A stretch of 64,000 nt of DNA from Methanomassiliicoccaceae archaeon (GCA_963728405.1 CAVSJV010000007.1:32001-96000), one strand, 5' to 3'; counted from the stretch's first letter, positions 50,236 to 62,885 are shown. The notes: generated by a model from the letters alone, not told the origin. A program made the numbers and translations.

Positions 50236-51757
50236 ATGACCGCCTCGGAGATCATAGAGGGGCTGAGCGCCAACGAGGCCCGCCTCCTGCTGGCATTGAA
50301 TCGCCTGAACGGCCCCGCGTCACCAGAGCAGGTGTTCGGGACCGGCGGCTTCGAGCAGCAGATAGAGGTCATGAACGCCGGTTCCTGGCTGCAGGCCAAG
50401 GGCGCGGTTCAGATCTCCGAGGTGGCGCGAAAGGTCTACTCCTTGAAGGGGAAGGAAGCACTGGAAAAGGGGCTGCCGGAGCGAAGAGCGCTCCAGCTCC
50501 TGGAGCAGAAGGGCGGGGAGATCGAGATGAAGGACCTCTCCTCGGGCCTGGGTCGGGAGGACGCGAGCATCGCCCTGGGCTGGCTGAGGAAGAAGAATTT
50601 GGCCACCATCCGCAAGGATGGGGACCGGACCGTCATCACCATCACCGAGAACGGCCGGGCCATGCTGGAGATGAAGATGGAGGACGAGCTCGTCCTCGCT
50701 TCCCTGGCCACCGGAGACCTCTCCGAGGACCGCCTGGACAAGGGAACGATCGCCCAGCTGAAGTCCCGCCAGGACCTGGTGGTGGAGAAGCTGGTGGTCA
50801 CCAGAACTCTGACCCTGACCGACCTGGGCCGCGAGCTGATCGACATGGGCATCGAGGTCAAGGAAGAGGTCGCCCAGCTTACGCCGGAGCTGATCCAGAC
50901 CGGGAAGTGGAGGGACGTCACCATACGCAAGTACGACGTGCGGACCTTCGCTCCCGCCGTCTATCCCGGCAAGAAGCACCCTCTGACCCGTATCGCCGAC
51001 GAGGTCCGCAAGATCTTCGTGGACATGGGATTCCAGGAGATCGATGAGGAGTACGTCCAGCCAGCCTTCTGGAACATGGACGCGCTGTTCACGCCCCAGG
51101 ACCACCCGGCCCGGGAGCTGCAGGACACCTTCTATCTGAAGAATCCTGGACGACTGCCGCTGGAGGACGATAACATCGTGAGCAAGGTCTGCTCCATGCA
51201 TGAGGGCGGGGGAGATACCGGCTCCCTGGGCTGGCGTTATGGCTGGTGCCGCGAGGAGTCGGAGCGCGCGCTGCTGAGGACCCATACCACGGTCAACACC
51301 ATCCGCCACCTCTGGAAGAATCCCGAACCGCCGGTGAAGGTGTTCTCCCTGAGCAAGGTGTTCAGGAAGGAAGCGATCGACGCCACGCACCTGCCGGAGT
51401 TCACCCAGATAGAGGGCATCATCATGGAGAAGGACGCCTCCTTCGACATGCTGTGCGGCGTGATCAAGGAGTTCTACAAGCGCATGGGCTTCACCGACAT
51501 ACGCTTCCGCCCCGGCTACTTCCCTTACGTGGAGCCATCGCTGGAGATCGAGGTCATGTTCAAGGGCAACTGGATGGAACTGGGGGGCGCAGGCATCTTC
51601 CGTCCGGAGGTCACCGCGCCGTTCGGGGTAAAGTACCCGGTCCTGGCGTGGGGCATGGGCTTCGAGCGCCTAGCCATGTTACGTTGGAACCTTAAGGACC
51701 TGCGGGACCTCTACATCAGCGACGTGGACATGCTCAAGAACGTCCCCGTTAATTTGA
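50236..51757 (+). CDS. pheS: Phenylalanyl-tRNA synthetase alpha subunit
   Basis: GKKHP, QDHPARELQDTFY, LRTHTT, HLPEFTQIEG, FPYVEPS, AWGMGFERLAM; true stop probably near 51757. Confidence 0.97.
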
Positions 51758-53013
51758 GGGAGTTGGCCTTCAGCGCGAACTCGAGGGACTTGTCGCGCTG
51801 GCCGATGCTGTAGTACATGTCCGAGATCCGATTGTAGAGCTCGGTCTGCTTGGTCTTCATGGCGTTGCGGCTCAGGGAGAACATGCGAAGGGCCTCATCA
51901 TCATCGCCGGTCTTGAGGGCGATGTGGCCCATGAGGAAGTAGGCCCGGGCCTCATCCTCCGGTTTCTCGAAACCGCGGTTGAACAGCTTCCGCAATATCT
52001 CCCTCGGTTCGTGATAATCCTCATTGCGGATCAGCGCCTCGGCGATATTGCATTCCAGCGCGGTATTGATGTGCTCATCGTACACACCCCTGGCCCGGAT
52101 GAACGCCTTGTACGCGTTCTGATAGTCCTTGCGGTCCAGGTGAAGCATGCCCTCGATGATGTAGCCGTCGAACCGCTCCGATGGGATGGAGGAGGTCTCC
52201 ATGAACTTAGTGATGATCAGACAGTACTCGTGCTTGCCTACCTGCCTGGCCGTTTCCGCTTGAAACGTAATGCACGATGCCGTTGTAACCGCGGGCCACG
52301 TCCCTGATGTTGGAGACTGCTTCCAGCAGGTCGTCGTCCGGAGCGAGCAACAGTTCCTTGGCGTGATGGAAGACCAGGATCTCGGCATCAGCGAACCGCT
52401 TGGCGCAGACCAGGTGGAACAACACCTCCTTGAGGTCGTCCCAGTGCAGCCAGTAGTCGGCGGCGAAGTTGTGATAGTCCTTGAGCTTCTCGGGGTGGGT
52501 CACCGATACGACGTACTCCTTCAGCTCAGGAGGAAGGTCGACCATGCCCCGCTCGTCCATCGGCAGCAGGGATGTGGCAATGTCCGGCAGGACCTCGCGG
52601 CGGAACGGTTTCCTGAAGACGCAGGACATCGCTACCACGGGCTTGAACTTGTCATCCAGGGCCTTCCATAGCTCCGGACCCTTGCACTTGCGGATATCCT
52701 GCAAGGGGGTGAGGTCGATATCGTTCTCGTCGGCGTACTGTCTGATCTCATGGGCCTTCTCCTCGCCCTGGCTGGTGAGGAAGTACACCTTGCGTTTGGT
52801 CCTTCCCCTCTTGATGTGGGACAGCTTCTCGCTGACCTCCTTGGAGTCCTTGAGCTTCTTCAGTTCTAGGGCCGCGTGGGCCCTCGAGATCCTCAGGGCC
52901 GCTGCGATGCCGTCCTGGCTAATGTCGATAGGGACATCGAACGCTTCCTGGAACTTGGAGTACTGGGATAGGTGGAAAATGATGCGTTCACCCACAGTCA
53001 AAGATACTGCCAT
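51748..53013 (-). CDS. wHTH plus TPR-repeat protein (frameshifted), paralog 1
   Basis: ISQDGIAAALRISRAHAALELKKL helix-turn-helix; TPR-like helices in ORF 51711..52388. Confidence 0.75.
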
Positions 53014-53081
53014 ATCCTCCCCTTGGACCCCTTATTGGAACGCAACAAGGCTATTTATGAATTGACATCGGTTGTATGGGC

Positions 53082-54362
53082 CTACACGGTTATCCTCGGG
53101 CCATGAAGACGCTTCGCCCTCACCGCGTACTCTTCCGCCTTTTCGGTCATGCCCATAAGGCCGTAGGCGTCCGATAGGCGGAGATACAGTTCGCCGTTCT
53201 CCTTCTCCCTGGCCGCCCCACGGCTCTTGCTGAAGAACCGCACCGCCCCCGAGCCGTCACCCGAACGTAATGATATGGTCCCCAACTGGAAAGAATATTC
53301 TCTCCAGTTCGTCCCCGTCCTTGGCCCCCTGGAAGATGAGGCGGTCCAGTACCTCCTTGGCCTCCCCGAGGCGGCCTGCCTGGATCAGCGTTTCCGCCGT
53401 TTCGCATTCCAGATTGCCGTTCGGCCCCCTGCTCAGCTCACGGGCGGCCCTCAATCGCTGCATGGCGCCATCCAGGTCGCCCTTCGATCGCAGCACCAGC
53501 GCTTCGACCATCAGGCCGTTGAAACGATCCTGGGGAGAAGGCAGCGAGCAAAGTTCCCTCGCCTTCCCGAGGGCGATCTCACTGCTCCCGGCCCGCCGGG
53601 CGATCTCCGCCTGGGCATGGAGTATTTGTCCTCGGTAGCGTTCAGCGGTGGCGGTCACCGAGCAAACGATGTCCAGCAGGTCCCGGTCAGCCGGACCCAG
53701 GGAGTGCGGCCCCTTGGACGCCAGGAGCATCTCCGCCTCACGGGACCGGTTGGCCTTAAGAAGGTGGTAAAGCCGCTCCCGATAGTTGCCATGATCGAGC
53801 CAGTAGTCCGCCGCTTGGGATTGGTATTGTTTCAGCAGATCAGGGGAGACCTGCCCGGGACGTAGGCTCGCAGGTCCGGAGGCATGTCCACCATTCCCTC
53901 CGGGTCGACCGGCAGCAACGATACGGAAGTTAAGGGCAGGGCGGTCCTCTCGAACGGCCGGCGGAACACGCAGGCCTGCGCGAGAACGGTCCTTTGCTCA
54001 ATGTCCAATCCGACCCAGATCTCGGGGCCCTTGCACTTCTTGAGGTCAAGGAAAGGCTGGACATCAATGCCCTCGCTCTCCGCGAACAGATGGATCTTGC
54101 GGGCCCGTTCCTCGCCGGGGGAGGAGAGGAAGTACACCTTGCGCTTGGTCTTTCCCTTTTTTATGTGAACGAGATTTTCCACGACCTCTCCGGCATCCTT
54201 GAGCTTCTTGAGCTCGATGGCCGCGTGGGCCCTCGAGATCCTCAGGGCCGCTGCGATGCCGTCCTGGCTGATGTCCAGGGGAGCGTCGTAGCTGTCGAGG
54301 TACTTGGAATACTGCGCAAGGTGAAGGACTATCCGCTCTCCCACGGTCAGGGTGCCGGGCAT
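53082..54362 (-). CDS. wHTH plus TPR-repeat protein (frameshifted), paralog 2
   Basis: N-terminal part closely matches paralog 1; TPR-like segments in ORFs 53257..53730 and 53082..53285. Confidence 0.75.
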
Positions 54363-54430
54363 GAGAGGTCGATTTTCCATTGTATCTATATAATTGACGA
54401 TATTAAATGTATATTTCGTTACTGACCAAA

Positions 54431-54803
54431 TCAGGAAGGCCAGGCTCGCGGAGGTGAGACCTCGTCGATGGCCTCGACATTGATGATCACTACTGCCTGG
54501 GGCGGAGGAAGTTCGATCGTCAGGGCCGATGTGGGACTGCACATCTTGACGTACGTGTCGGTATCCTTCGCCATCCGTCCCTTTCCTCTTAGCTGGTACC
54601 CCTTTCCGTCCGCGCCCAGGGCAATTACCGAGACATGCGGATCGAGGACGATGTTGTGTGCCGTTCGCCCAGCCACCAGGTCCGCGAACACCAGGTGTTC
54701 GTCGTCCATCACCTCCAGGCTGCTCTTGGGGGCGACATTAGGCATGCCGTCAGGGGATACCGTCGCCACCAGCGCCGGCCTGTGGACCTTAACCGAATCC
54801 CAT
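54431..54803 (-). CDS. Pyridoxamine 5'-phosphate oxidase-like FMN-binding protein
   Basis: ATVSPDGMPNVAPK, RT..NI..DPHV, GYQLRG. Confidence 0.85.
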
Positions 54804-54899
54804 GATCTCCGGGGACATCTTGACCATCAGAGCACCAGAAAACAATGATAACTGCATGAATAAAAAAGAGCCGAGAAGAGGTTTGGATATATTGGGAAA

Positions 54900-56319
54900 C
54901 GTTTAGTGGAGGGTTGAACCCACCGAGGTTAAGGGCCGAGCTTAGCTCGCTGTTGATCTCGCTCAGGGCGGTGCCGATGTCCTCGGCGGCCCTGTTGTGT
55001 TCCGACATGTTGGCGGCCATGATGGCCGAGGCGCAGCGGTCGGCCACGATCTCGAGCAGCCTGACGTCCCGCTCGTTCCGGGGGCGCGGGGAGGTCCAAG
55101 CGACGTGCAGCACCCCGATGAGGTCGGTACCATATCTGATCGGCACGCCCAGCAGGGTGTGCGCTCCCATGGTCTTCAGCTCAGCAGAGACGTTCGACTC
55201 GGCCTGGGCGTTCTCCACGTACAGGGCGTGGTTCTCGGCCACGATGGAGCTGGGGAACAGAGCGGACACGCTCTCAATGTAGCCGGGCGCCATCCTTTCC
55301 CCGAAGCCGAAGGCGGCCCGGGCCAGCAACTGCTCGCCGTTGCGGACCATGACCATGCCCGCCTCGGCCCTGGTGACCACGGCGAGATTGCGAAGTAATC
55401 CGTCCATGGCCAGATCGGGCTGGGCGACGTTCACCGAGATGGTGGCGACCTGGGTCAGGTCCGACAGTTCCTCGCTTACCTCGGTCAGCTGCTTAAGGAG
55501 CTGCTCTTTGTCCTCCTGAGCCTTCTTCTTTTCGCTTATGTCCTTGACCCGATCCATGCGGACCTCGGTGCCCTTGTACATGATGTCCCGGGAGATGATC
55601 TCCACGGTGAGGGTGCGGCCGTCCTTGCAATTGAGCATCACTTCGAACGTCCCTTCGGTGGCGCCGGAGAGCTGCGGGGTGACCAGTCCGCGCAGCCCTG
55701 GGGTCACCAGCGAAGCGAGGCTCATGCCCACCAGTTCCGAGGGCTCATAGCCGATCATCTGGGCATAGCGTTCGTTAACCTCGACGATCTTGCCGTCCTG
55801 TACGATGGCTAACCCCTCGAAGGCCGTGCCGACCATCAGCTGGGTGCGCTCCTTGATCTCCAGTAGCTCCTTCTCCAGCTTCTCGGTATTCTTCTTCTCG
55901 GACAGGTCTGCTACCAGGGCGTAGTAGTACTGCACTTTGCCCTCCTTGTCATTGGTCTGCCCGAGCGTTATCCCGACCGGGGTCCGAGAGCCGTCCTTGC
56001 TGGCATACTCCTTCTCATAGGTCTGGGGCTGGCCGGTCCGGCGAAGTTCTTCCATGGCCTGGGCCTCCTGTTCCTGCCATTCGGCGGGAGTAAGGTAGAG
56101 GACCCACTGCATGGACCGCAGCTCCTCTTCCGAGTATCCGGTCAATTTGGCGAACGCCTCGTTGAAGGCCATGGTCCTGCCGTCCGGATAACCGGCCACG
56201 AAGGGCATGGGCGATTTGTCCATGGCGTCAGCTAGCAAATGAACATACTCCCGAAGGATGCGCAACTCCTTCTGGGTATTAATTTCTGGTTTCTCGTTAA
56301 GATTGGACATAATGCTCAC
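54900..56319 (-). CDS. PAS-PAS-GAF sensory protein without visible output domain
   Basis: NEAFAKLTGYSEEEL, KDG, NERYAQMIGYEPSEL, GAF (LLGVPI...IGVLHV...LLEIVADR); 3' end uncertain. Confidence 0.8.
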
Positions 56320-56492
56320 TCTCGATGGAACTCCTCCCCACCATCGCCCTTCGAGTCTCCATCAGGCTCCGCCGCGAAGCGACCACGGGCGCGGGACGCG
56401 AGAGCATCTTCGTCGTACCATTAAGATTTTCCCCCCTGAATCATTACTTGTATGAATGACCGGCGGTCGATGGTCCGGTTCGAGATGATCTG

Positions 56493-57346
56493 ATGAGACT
56501 ATTGGTGAGCAGCCCGGAGGATCAGGCCAGCGTGAACATCAGGGACGAGCTTATCGCCCTGGGCGGGTGGGAACCGTCCGGGCTGTTCGAAGGGAGTCCG
56601 GCACTGGTCCGGGGTGAACTGACCCTGGTCACCATCTCGGGGATCCATCTCCGCTGCGACCATATCGACGACCAGGTCGAGGAACGTTAGGGCGGAGGCC
56701 GGCAGAGGTCATCTTCCTGTCCCGGCACCGGGCAGCTTCCGGGCGGCCCTCCCTCACCGTCCATCCCATCGGCAACTGGAACAAGGCCGACCATGGGGGT
56801 CGGGAAGGTGAACTGGTCCGGGCCGCCCCGGACCTTATGACCTCGCTGCTGAGGGAGCTGAAGCGCCAGGCTACCGGTCTGCAGTTCGAGGTGACCTACG
56901 AAGTAACGCATCACGGCCCCTACCTGGAGACGCCAACGTTGTTCATCGAGATAGGGAGCAGCGAGGCCACGTGGGACGACCGGGACGCGGCCCGGGCCAT
57001 CGCCCGCTCGCTGGTGGGAGTACAAGTGATGGAATGCCCCAGGGCCATCGGTATCGGGGGCGGCCACTACGCTCCGAGGTTCACCGAGGTCAGTCTGACT
57101 AAGAGGATAAGCTTCGGCCACATGCTGCCGAACCACGCCCTCGACCTCAAGGACCTGGACGACCTGACCCTGAAGATCCAAAAAGGGATGGAGCGGAGCG
57201 GCGCCTCGCTAGCCTATATTCAAAAGAAATCGATGAAGAGGTCCGAGGCCACCATGGTGTCAAAGCTCATTTCCGACATTGGCTACCGGGCGGTGGACAG
57301 CTCGGACCTGGAGGACATCACGCCGGCGTCCCCCGATGGGGCCTGA
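56493..57346 (+). CDS. dtdA: Archaeal D-aminoacyl-tRNA deacylase (frameshift near 56685)
   Basis: D.AS.NI, SRH, LTVHPIGN, EVTHHGP, FIEIGS, GGGHY.PRF, GHM. Confidence 0.9.
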
Positions 57347-57349
57347 ACA

Positions 57350-57832
57350 TCACTTCTTTTTGGCCTTCACTGCCTTCTTGTCGGACTTCATGGTCCCTTT
57401 GGCCACTGGCTTGGCCTGTTCCGCTTCCAGCTCGGCAAAGACCTGGGTCAGGCCCTTCTTGGCGATCGACCAGGTCGGCACGCCTCCCACTACGACGGCC
57501 ACATGCATGGCCTCCACGATCTCTTCCTTGGTGGCGCCATAGTTAGCGGCGACACGCGCCTGGGGATACACGCAGTCCTCGCACATCCTGGTAGCGACAC
57601 AGGCGAGGGCGATCAACCTCTTGGTCTTGCGGTCCAGGGCACCGTCCTCCACCAGCACACGGTCCAGCTCTTTTATGATCACGGCCAGCTCCGGGTGATG
57701 CTCCCGAATGTGCGCTAGAGCATGAGGCACGTAGTTGCCCATGCGGCAACCCATCTCTGACACGGCGTCCTCGGCGCTTACTTCATCCTTCAAGTTCTTG
57801 ATCTTCTTGCATTGCTTGTCGTTAATGGCCAT
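57350..57832 (-). CDS. Carboxymuconolactone decarboxylase/AhpD family protein
   Basis: GALDRKTKRLIALA, CEDC, GATKEEIVEA. Confidence 0.85.
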   Translation of the reverse strand: MAINDKQCKKIKNLKDEVSAEDAVSEMGCRMGNYVPHALAHIREHHPELAVIIKELDRVLVEDGALDRKTKRLIALACVATRMCEDCVYPQARVAANYGATKEEIVEAMHVAVVVGGVPTWSIAKKGLTQVFAELEAEQAKPVAKGTMKSDKKAVKAKKK

Positions 57833-57903
57833 GTGATCGATCCCTCCGATATGTCGTTGGTTTGCACTATATTCCCGAAGGGTGATAATGATTTACCCGA
57901 TGG

Positions 57904-58587
57904 TCAGCCATCGATGACGGTGCCCTTGATATTCTGACCTAGGATGGCCGCGCGCATCTCATCAAGGTCGCGCCCATCGACCACCAGGATGGGGATGCGG
58001 CAACGCTTGACGATCTTCGCTCCCAAGGGATCGAAGACATGGGAGCTGCCCGCACCATGCTTCCCCTTGTTCATCATGTCGTCCAGCTGCTGGAAGGTGA
58101 GATGTTCGTACTTCACGCAATCCTTGACCTTGCGCGGGTCGTGCGAGTACACCCCGTCCACCGAGGTGGCATTGACGATCCGGGACGCTCCGACCTTTTC
58201 CGCCAGTGCGGCGGATACTCCGTCGGTGGTGTGCCCCGGGGTCGTACCGCCCATTATGGCGATCCTCCCTTTCTTGCCCTGAGAGGCCGTCCCCCCGATG
58301 GTGTGAGGCACCCGGTCGTAAGCCCGATCGCCCAGCGCCAGCTGGAGAAGGCGGGCGTTCAGTCTGGTCACTTCGATGCCCATCTCGTCCAGCTGGTCCT
58401 CGGTCGCGGACAGCTCGCGGCCGGTGACGATGTAGTAGCGGGCGATCTTGCCTCCCCCGCAGACCACGTAGATATCGAGGTCCTTGGACAGCGTTTTCAG
58501 GAGAGCAGCGAAATCGTTAAGGAATGCTCCGTCCCGGTCGTCCGGGATGATGATGGAGCCGCCTAGGGAGATGACGACCTTTTCCAT
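57904..58587 (-). CDS. pyrH: UMP kinase
   Basis: VISLGGS, GGGKIARYY, GGTTPGHTTD, VDGVY..DP. Confidence 0.95.
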   Translation of the reverse strand: MEKVVISLGGSIIIPDDRDGAFLNDFAALLKTLSKDLDIYVVCGGGKIARYYIVTGRELSATEDQLDEMGIEVTRLNARLLQLALGDRAYDRVPHTIGGTASQGKKGRIAIMGGTTPGHTTDGVSAALAEKVGASRIVNATSVDGVYSHDPRKVKDCVKYEHLTFQQLDDMMNKGKHGAGSSHVFDPLGAKIVKRCRIPILVVDGRDLDEMRAAILGQNIKGTVIDG

Positions 58588-58655
58588 GTGGGTTCACCAA
58601 TAGATTTAATACGGCAATATCTTTAGTGTAGAAAAAAGCGTAGGTCGAACCAACA

Positions 58656-59910
58656 ATGGCTCCAGATGAGAGCGATAATGATAGAATGATGGAGAAGCGC
58701 AGGTACGATTTCAAGCGCGCCCTAGAGGAGATCAAAGATATCCACGGGCGCGGCACTGAGCTGGTCTCCGTCTGACGTGCCGCCGGACAAGCAGATATCC
58801 GACGTGGCCAATTACCTCCGGAACGAATACTCCCAATCACAGAACATCAAGTCCAAGAGGACCAACAAGGCGGTCACCGGGGCGATCGAGTCGATCCTGG
58901 CCCGCTTGAAGTACTTCAAGACCCCGCCCGAGAACGGGGTCATCTTCTTTGTGGGGGAGGCCCCTACATCGGGCGATCAGACCAAGCAGGTCCAGTTCGT
59001 GCTGGAGCCTCCGGAACCGATCACCTCGTTCATGTACCGGTGCGACTCGGAGTTCTATATCGAGAAGCTATGGGACATGCTAGACGAGAAGATGACCTTC
59101 GGCCTCATCGTCATCGACCGGTCGGAATCGACCATCGGGCTGGTCAAAGGCAAGAGGATCGTATCGATCAAGAACATCAACTCCATGGTGCCGTCCAAGC
59201 ATGGCCGGGGCGGCCAATCGGCTCTCCGTTTCGAGCGGTTGATCGAGATCGCCGCCCACGAGTTCTACAAGAAGACCGCCGAAGTGGCCAACGAGGCGTT
59301 CCTGGCCCAGGCGAACCTGAAGGGCGTCCTTATCGGAGGGCCGGGCCCCACCAAGGAGTTCTTCGTCAAGGAAGAGTACCTCAACCATGAGCTGAGAAAG
59401 AAGATCGTCGATACCTTCGATGTCTGTTACACCGACGAGTACGGCCTCAAGGAACTGGTAGAGAAGGCCAAAGAGTCGTTGACAGATCTGGACCTCATGC
59501 GTGAGAAAGCCCTCATGCAGAAGCTCCTCGAGGAGATCCGCAAGACCGACGGCGGGCTCGCCAGCTACGGTGAGGAACAGGTCCGCCACGCTCTTGCACT
59601 AGGGGCGGTGGAGACCCTGCTCATCTCGGAGGGGCTGAGGAAGAAGCGCGTGACGCTCAAGTGCCCCCAGTGCAACTGGTCCGGGCAGGTGACCGTCGAA
59701 AAGGTCGAGGGCGCCCGGTGCCCCATGTGCCCGACGGCCACGCCGATCATCGAGTCGAGCCTAGACTTCGTGGATGCGTTCTACGAGGATGCCAGCAAGG
59801 TCGGCACCAAGGTCGAACTATTGTCGATCGATTCGGAAGAGGGCGAGATGCTGATGAAGGCGTTCGGCGGCATCGCGGCCATATTGAGGTACGGAATAGG
59901 TGGAATGTGA
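58656..59910 (+). CDS. prf1: Peptide chain release factor aRF1; interrupted by TGA and +1 shift at 58773
   Basis: GRGTELVSV|VPP, NIKS, YRCDSEF, GGQS, AFGGIAAILRY. Confidence 0.95.
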
Positions 59911-61627
59911 TGGACCCGCTCGCACCGTTCTTGAACGAGGTCCGTAGCGCGGCCAAGGCAGCGTTCGCCCAGATGGGCGCCGAGGTCTCCTTCGAGATCG
60001 AGGTCCCCTCGACCGGATTGGCGGACTTCGCCGTTCCATGTTTTCCCCTGGCCAAGGCATTGAGGAAGGCGCCACCGCTGATTGCCGAGGAGGCTCTCAG
60101 CAAGCTCCCCAAGACCGAGCTTATCGCCAAGGCGTGGGCTGACAAGGGCTACCTGAACTTCAAGCTGGATGACCTGAAGCTCAATACCTCCACCCTAAAT
60201 GCCATCAAAGAGATGAAGGACGGCTACGGGAAGGGGGATGACGGCGGGATGAAAGTACTGCTGGAGCACACCTCGGTGAACCCGACCGGCCCGATTCACA
60301 TCGGCCGCGCTCGCAACCCGATTATCGGCGATACGCTGGCCCGGTGCATGCGCGCCTACGGCTACGACGTCACCACCGAGTACTCACGTCAACGACGTCG
60401 GCAAGCAGGTGGTGCTTCTTACTTGGGGCCTGGAGAACATCCGGCCGGAGGACGTCCCCGTCATCGAGAGCGAGAAGGCCGACCACCGTCTGGTGGTCTT
60501 CTACCAAAAGGCCAACAAGATGATGGAGAGCGATCCGGACATCGAGAAGCAGGTCGGACAGATGCTCCGCCGCTTCGAGGATGGGGATGAGGAGGTCATC
60601 GCCAAGGTGCGCAAGACCGCCAAGCTGATGCTCGACGGGATCATCGAGAGCCTCCTCTCCATCAATGTGGTCATCGACCAGTTCACATGGGAGTCACAGT
60701 TCATCAAGGACGGCAGCGCTCACAACGTGGTCGAGGAACTGAAGCGCTCGGAGCACTGCAGTCAGGACAATGGCGCCTGCTACCTCGAGCTGAAGACGTT
60801 CGGGATCCACGGCAAGGAGACAAAGTTCTTCTTCACCCGGGCCGACGGGACGACGCTGTACACCACCAGGGATATGGCCTATCATTTGGACAAGTTCTGC
60901 CGGGCCGATCGCCTGATCAACATCCTGGGCGAGGACCAGAAGCTCGGGCAGGCCCAGCTGGCCATCGCATTGAAGTTGCTGGGCAAGGACCGTGCTCCGG
61001 AATGTGTGTTCTACTCATTCGTGTCGTTGCCGGAGGGCCGCATGTCCACCCGCAAGGGTACCGTCGTCTACCTGGACGACCTCATCGAAGAGGCCGAGGA
61101 GCGCGCGCTGGACGAGGTCCGCAAGCGCCGGACCGATCTGCCCGAGGAAAAGATGCGGGAGATCGCTCGATCCATCGGCCGCGGCGCGGTCCGCTATAAC
61201 ATCGTTCGCGTGCAGCCGGAGAAAGCGCTGGTCTTCAAGTGGGAGGACGCCCTGAACTTTGAGGGGAACAGTGCTCCCTTCGTGCAGTACGCTCACGCCC
61301 GCGCCTGCAGCATCCAGAGGAAGGCCGGGCAGTTCAGCAAGGACATCGATCCGGCCGTGCTCACCAATGAGTATGAACTGCGCCTGATCCGGGTGCTGGC
61401 CCGGTATCCCTCGGTACTCAGGGAAGCGGGGGAGAGGGCGCGCATCCAGGTGCTGCCGGCCTACGGTCATGAGGTCGCCGCAGCGTTCAACCAGTTCTAC
61501 ACCTACGTTCCGGTCCTGAAGGGTGAGGAGAACAAGGACGCCCGTCTCGCTCTGGTGGACGCCACCCGCGTCGTGCTGGCGAACTGTGCTGACCACCCTC
61601 GGTCTGAGCGCCCCGGAGGAGATGTAG
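59910..61627 (+). CDS. argS: Arginyl-tRNA synthetase (frameshifts near 60385 and 61595)
   Basis: EHTSVNPTGPIHIGRARN, DGTTLYTTRD, MSTRKG, QYAHAR; ends PEEM*. Confidence 0.96.
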
Positions 61628-62121
61628 ATGAAGATCGTCCCTCTGAGCGACGAGGACCGGGTGTCGGTGCGCATGCTCGAGCTGGCCTGCATCCGGGAGT
61701 ACATCGAAGGTCCCATGAAGCGGAAGTGGGACGAGTTCGATCCAGGAGACGCGGCAGAAGCTGGGCGCCTCGGCCAGCGGCTCCTTTGGCCATTACCGGA
61801 GTCTCCGGTCTCAGCTTCGTGGCCAAGGAAGGGGACAAGATCGTTGGCTTCATTTTCGCCCAGACGGTGTCCTGGATCGATGGCATCGAGAAGGCCGTAT
61901 GGGTCGAGAACATCGGGGTGGACCCGGAGTTCCGGCGCATGGGCATCGGCTACCTGCTGCTGAAGCACCTCGCCCTGGAGGGTAAGAAGCAGGGCGCCCA
62001 GGTCCTACACTCGTCCATATCTCCGGACAATGTCAGCTCGCTATTATTGCACAAGAAGCTGGGCTTCCTGGCCGAGAACAGGAAGGTCGCCTACCTCGAC
62101 CTGAATAATTTCGTTCAATAG
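61628..62121 (+). CDS. GNAT family acetyltransferase (frameshifted)
   Basis: IVGFI, VDPEFRRMGIG..LL, N..S..LHKKLGF. Confidence 0.85.
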
Positions 62122-62842
62122 AGATTGATGTGCTCCCGGAGCCCATACCGAGCATGGACCATTTCGTCGGCAAGCATACATTCGCGTTCTGACAGCCCAC
62201 CGGTCTCCATATCGACGTCCAGTGCTTCAGCGAACCCTCGTTGCATCGCTTTTTTTATCGTCCCCACAGGCGGAAGGTCGGATAGCTCCTCGGCCAGCGA
62301 GGTCATACTGTCCCGCGACCGCTTGTTCGAGCGAAGAACGGAGAACATGCGCTCGTAGTCAGTGCGGACCAGGAGCGTGCCGTGCTGCAGGACCACGCCA
62401 TGGCGCCGGATCTGCGCGCTTCCGGAGATCTTGCGGCCGCCCACCAACACATCGTTCACCGGCTTGAACTCCGCCCTGACGCCAAGAACATCGAGCGCCC
62501 CGATGATGCCTTGGCAGATGATGCGAAACGTTCCTGGGGGCTTTCTGGCATCGAGCATTTGTCCACCGCCACAGCGTAGATGAGCTGGTTGGGGTCGGTG
62601 TAGATGGCGCTGCCTCCGGACAGCCGTCGGACGATGCTCACCCCCCTCCGCTCGGCCGCCTCGATGTCCACGCATTCCCTTATCCGCTCGAAATGGCCCA
62701 GGGATATGGTCGGCACGGTGCGGCGATACAGGTGTAGGGTGTTCGGGACCGATCCCTCGTTCCTGGCCAGGAGGATGGCCTCGTCGATGGCGGCGGAACG
62801 GGCCGGTTCGAGAAGGTCCGAGTCCACCAATCGCCAGGACAT
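62115..62842 (-). CDS. lplA: Lipoate-protein ligase A family catalytic domain (frameshifted)
   Basis: AIDEAIL, VRRLSGGSAIY, KPVND...GRKISGSAQ, LQHGT. Confidence 0.88.
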
Positions 62843-62885
62843 GAGCGGAGAAACGAGAAGGAGATAGGAAAGGATTTCGCTCGGC

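Noticed and set aside
51711-51813. Apparent ~100-bp convergent overlap between pheS and the TPR gene
   Set aside because: Removing one A at about 51751 creates stops for both genes at once (GTT ATT TGA on plus; CTC AAA TAA on minus), so it is probably a sequencing insertion.
56680-56700. TAG in dtdA as a possible pyrrolysine codon
   Set aside because: The downstream conserved sequence is in a different frame; a single missing base explains it.
60409-62121. Apparent ArgRS-GNAT fusion ORF (570 aa)
   Set aside because: It arises from frameshifts. ArgRS has its normal PEEM-TAG end at 61627 and the GNAT has its own ATG at 61628.
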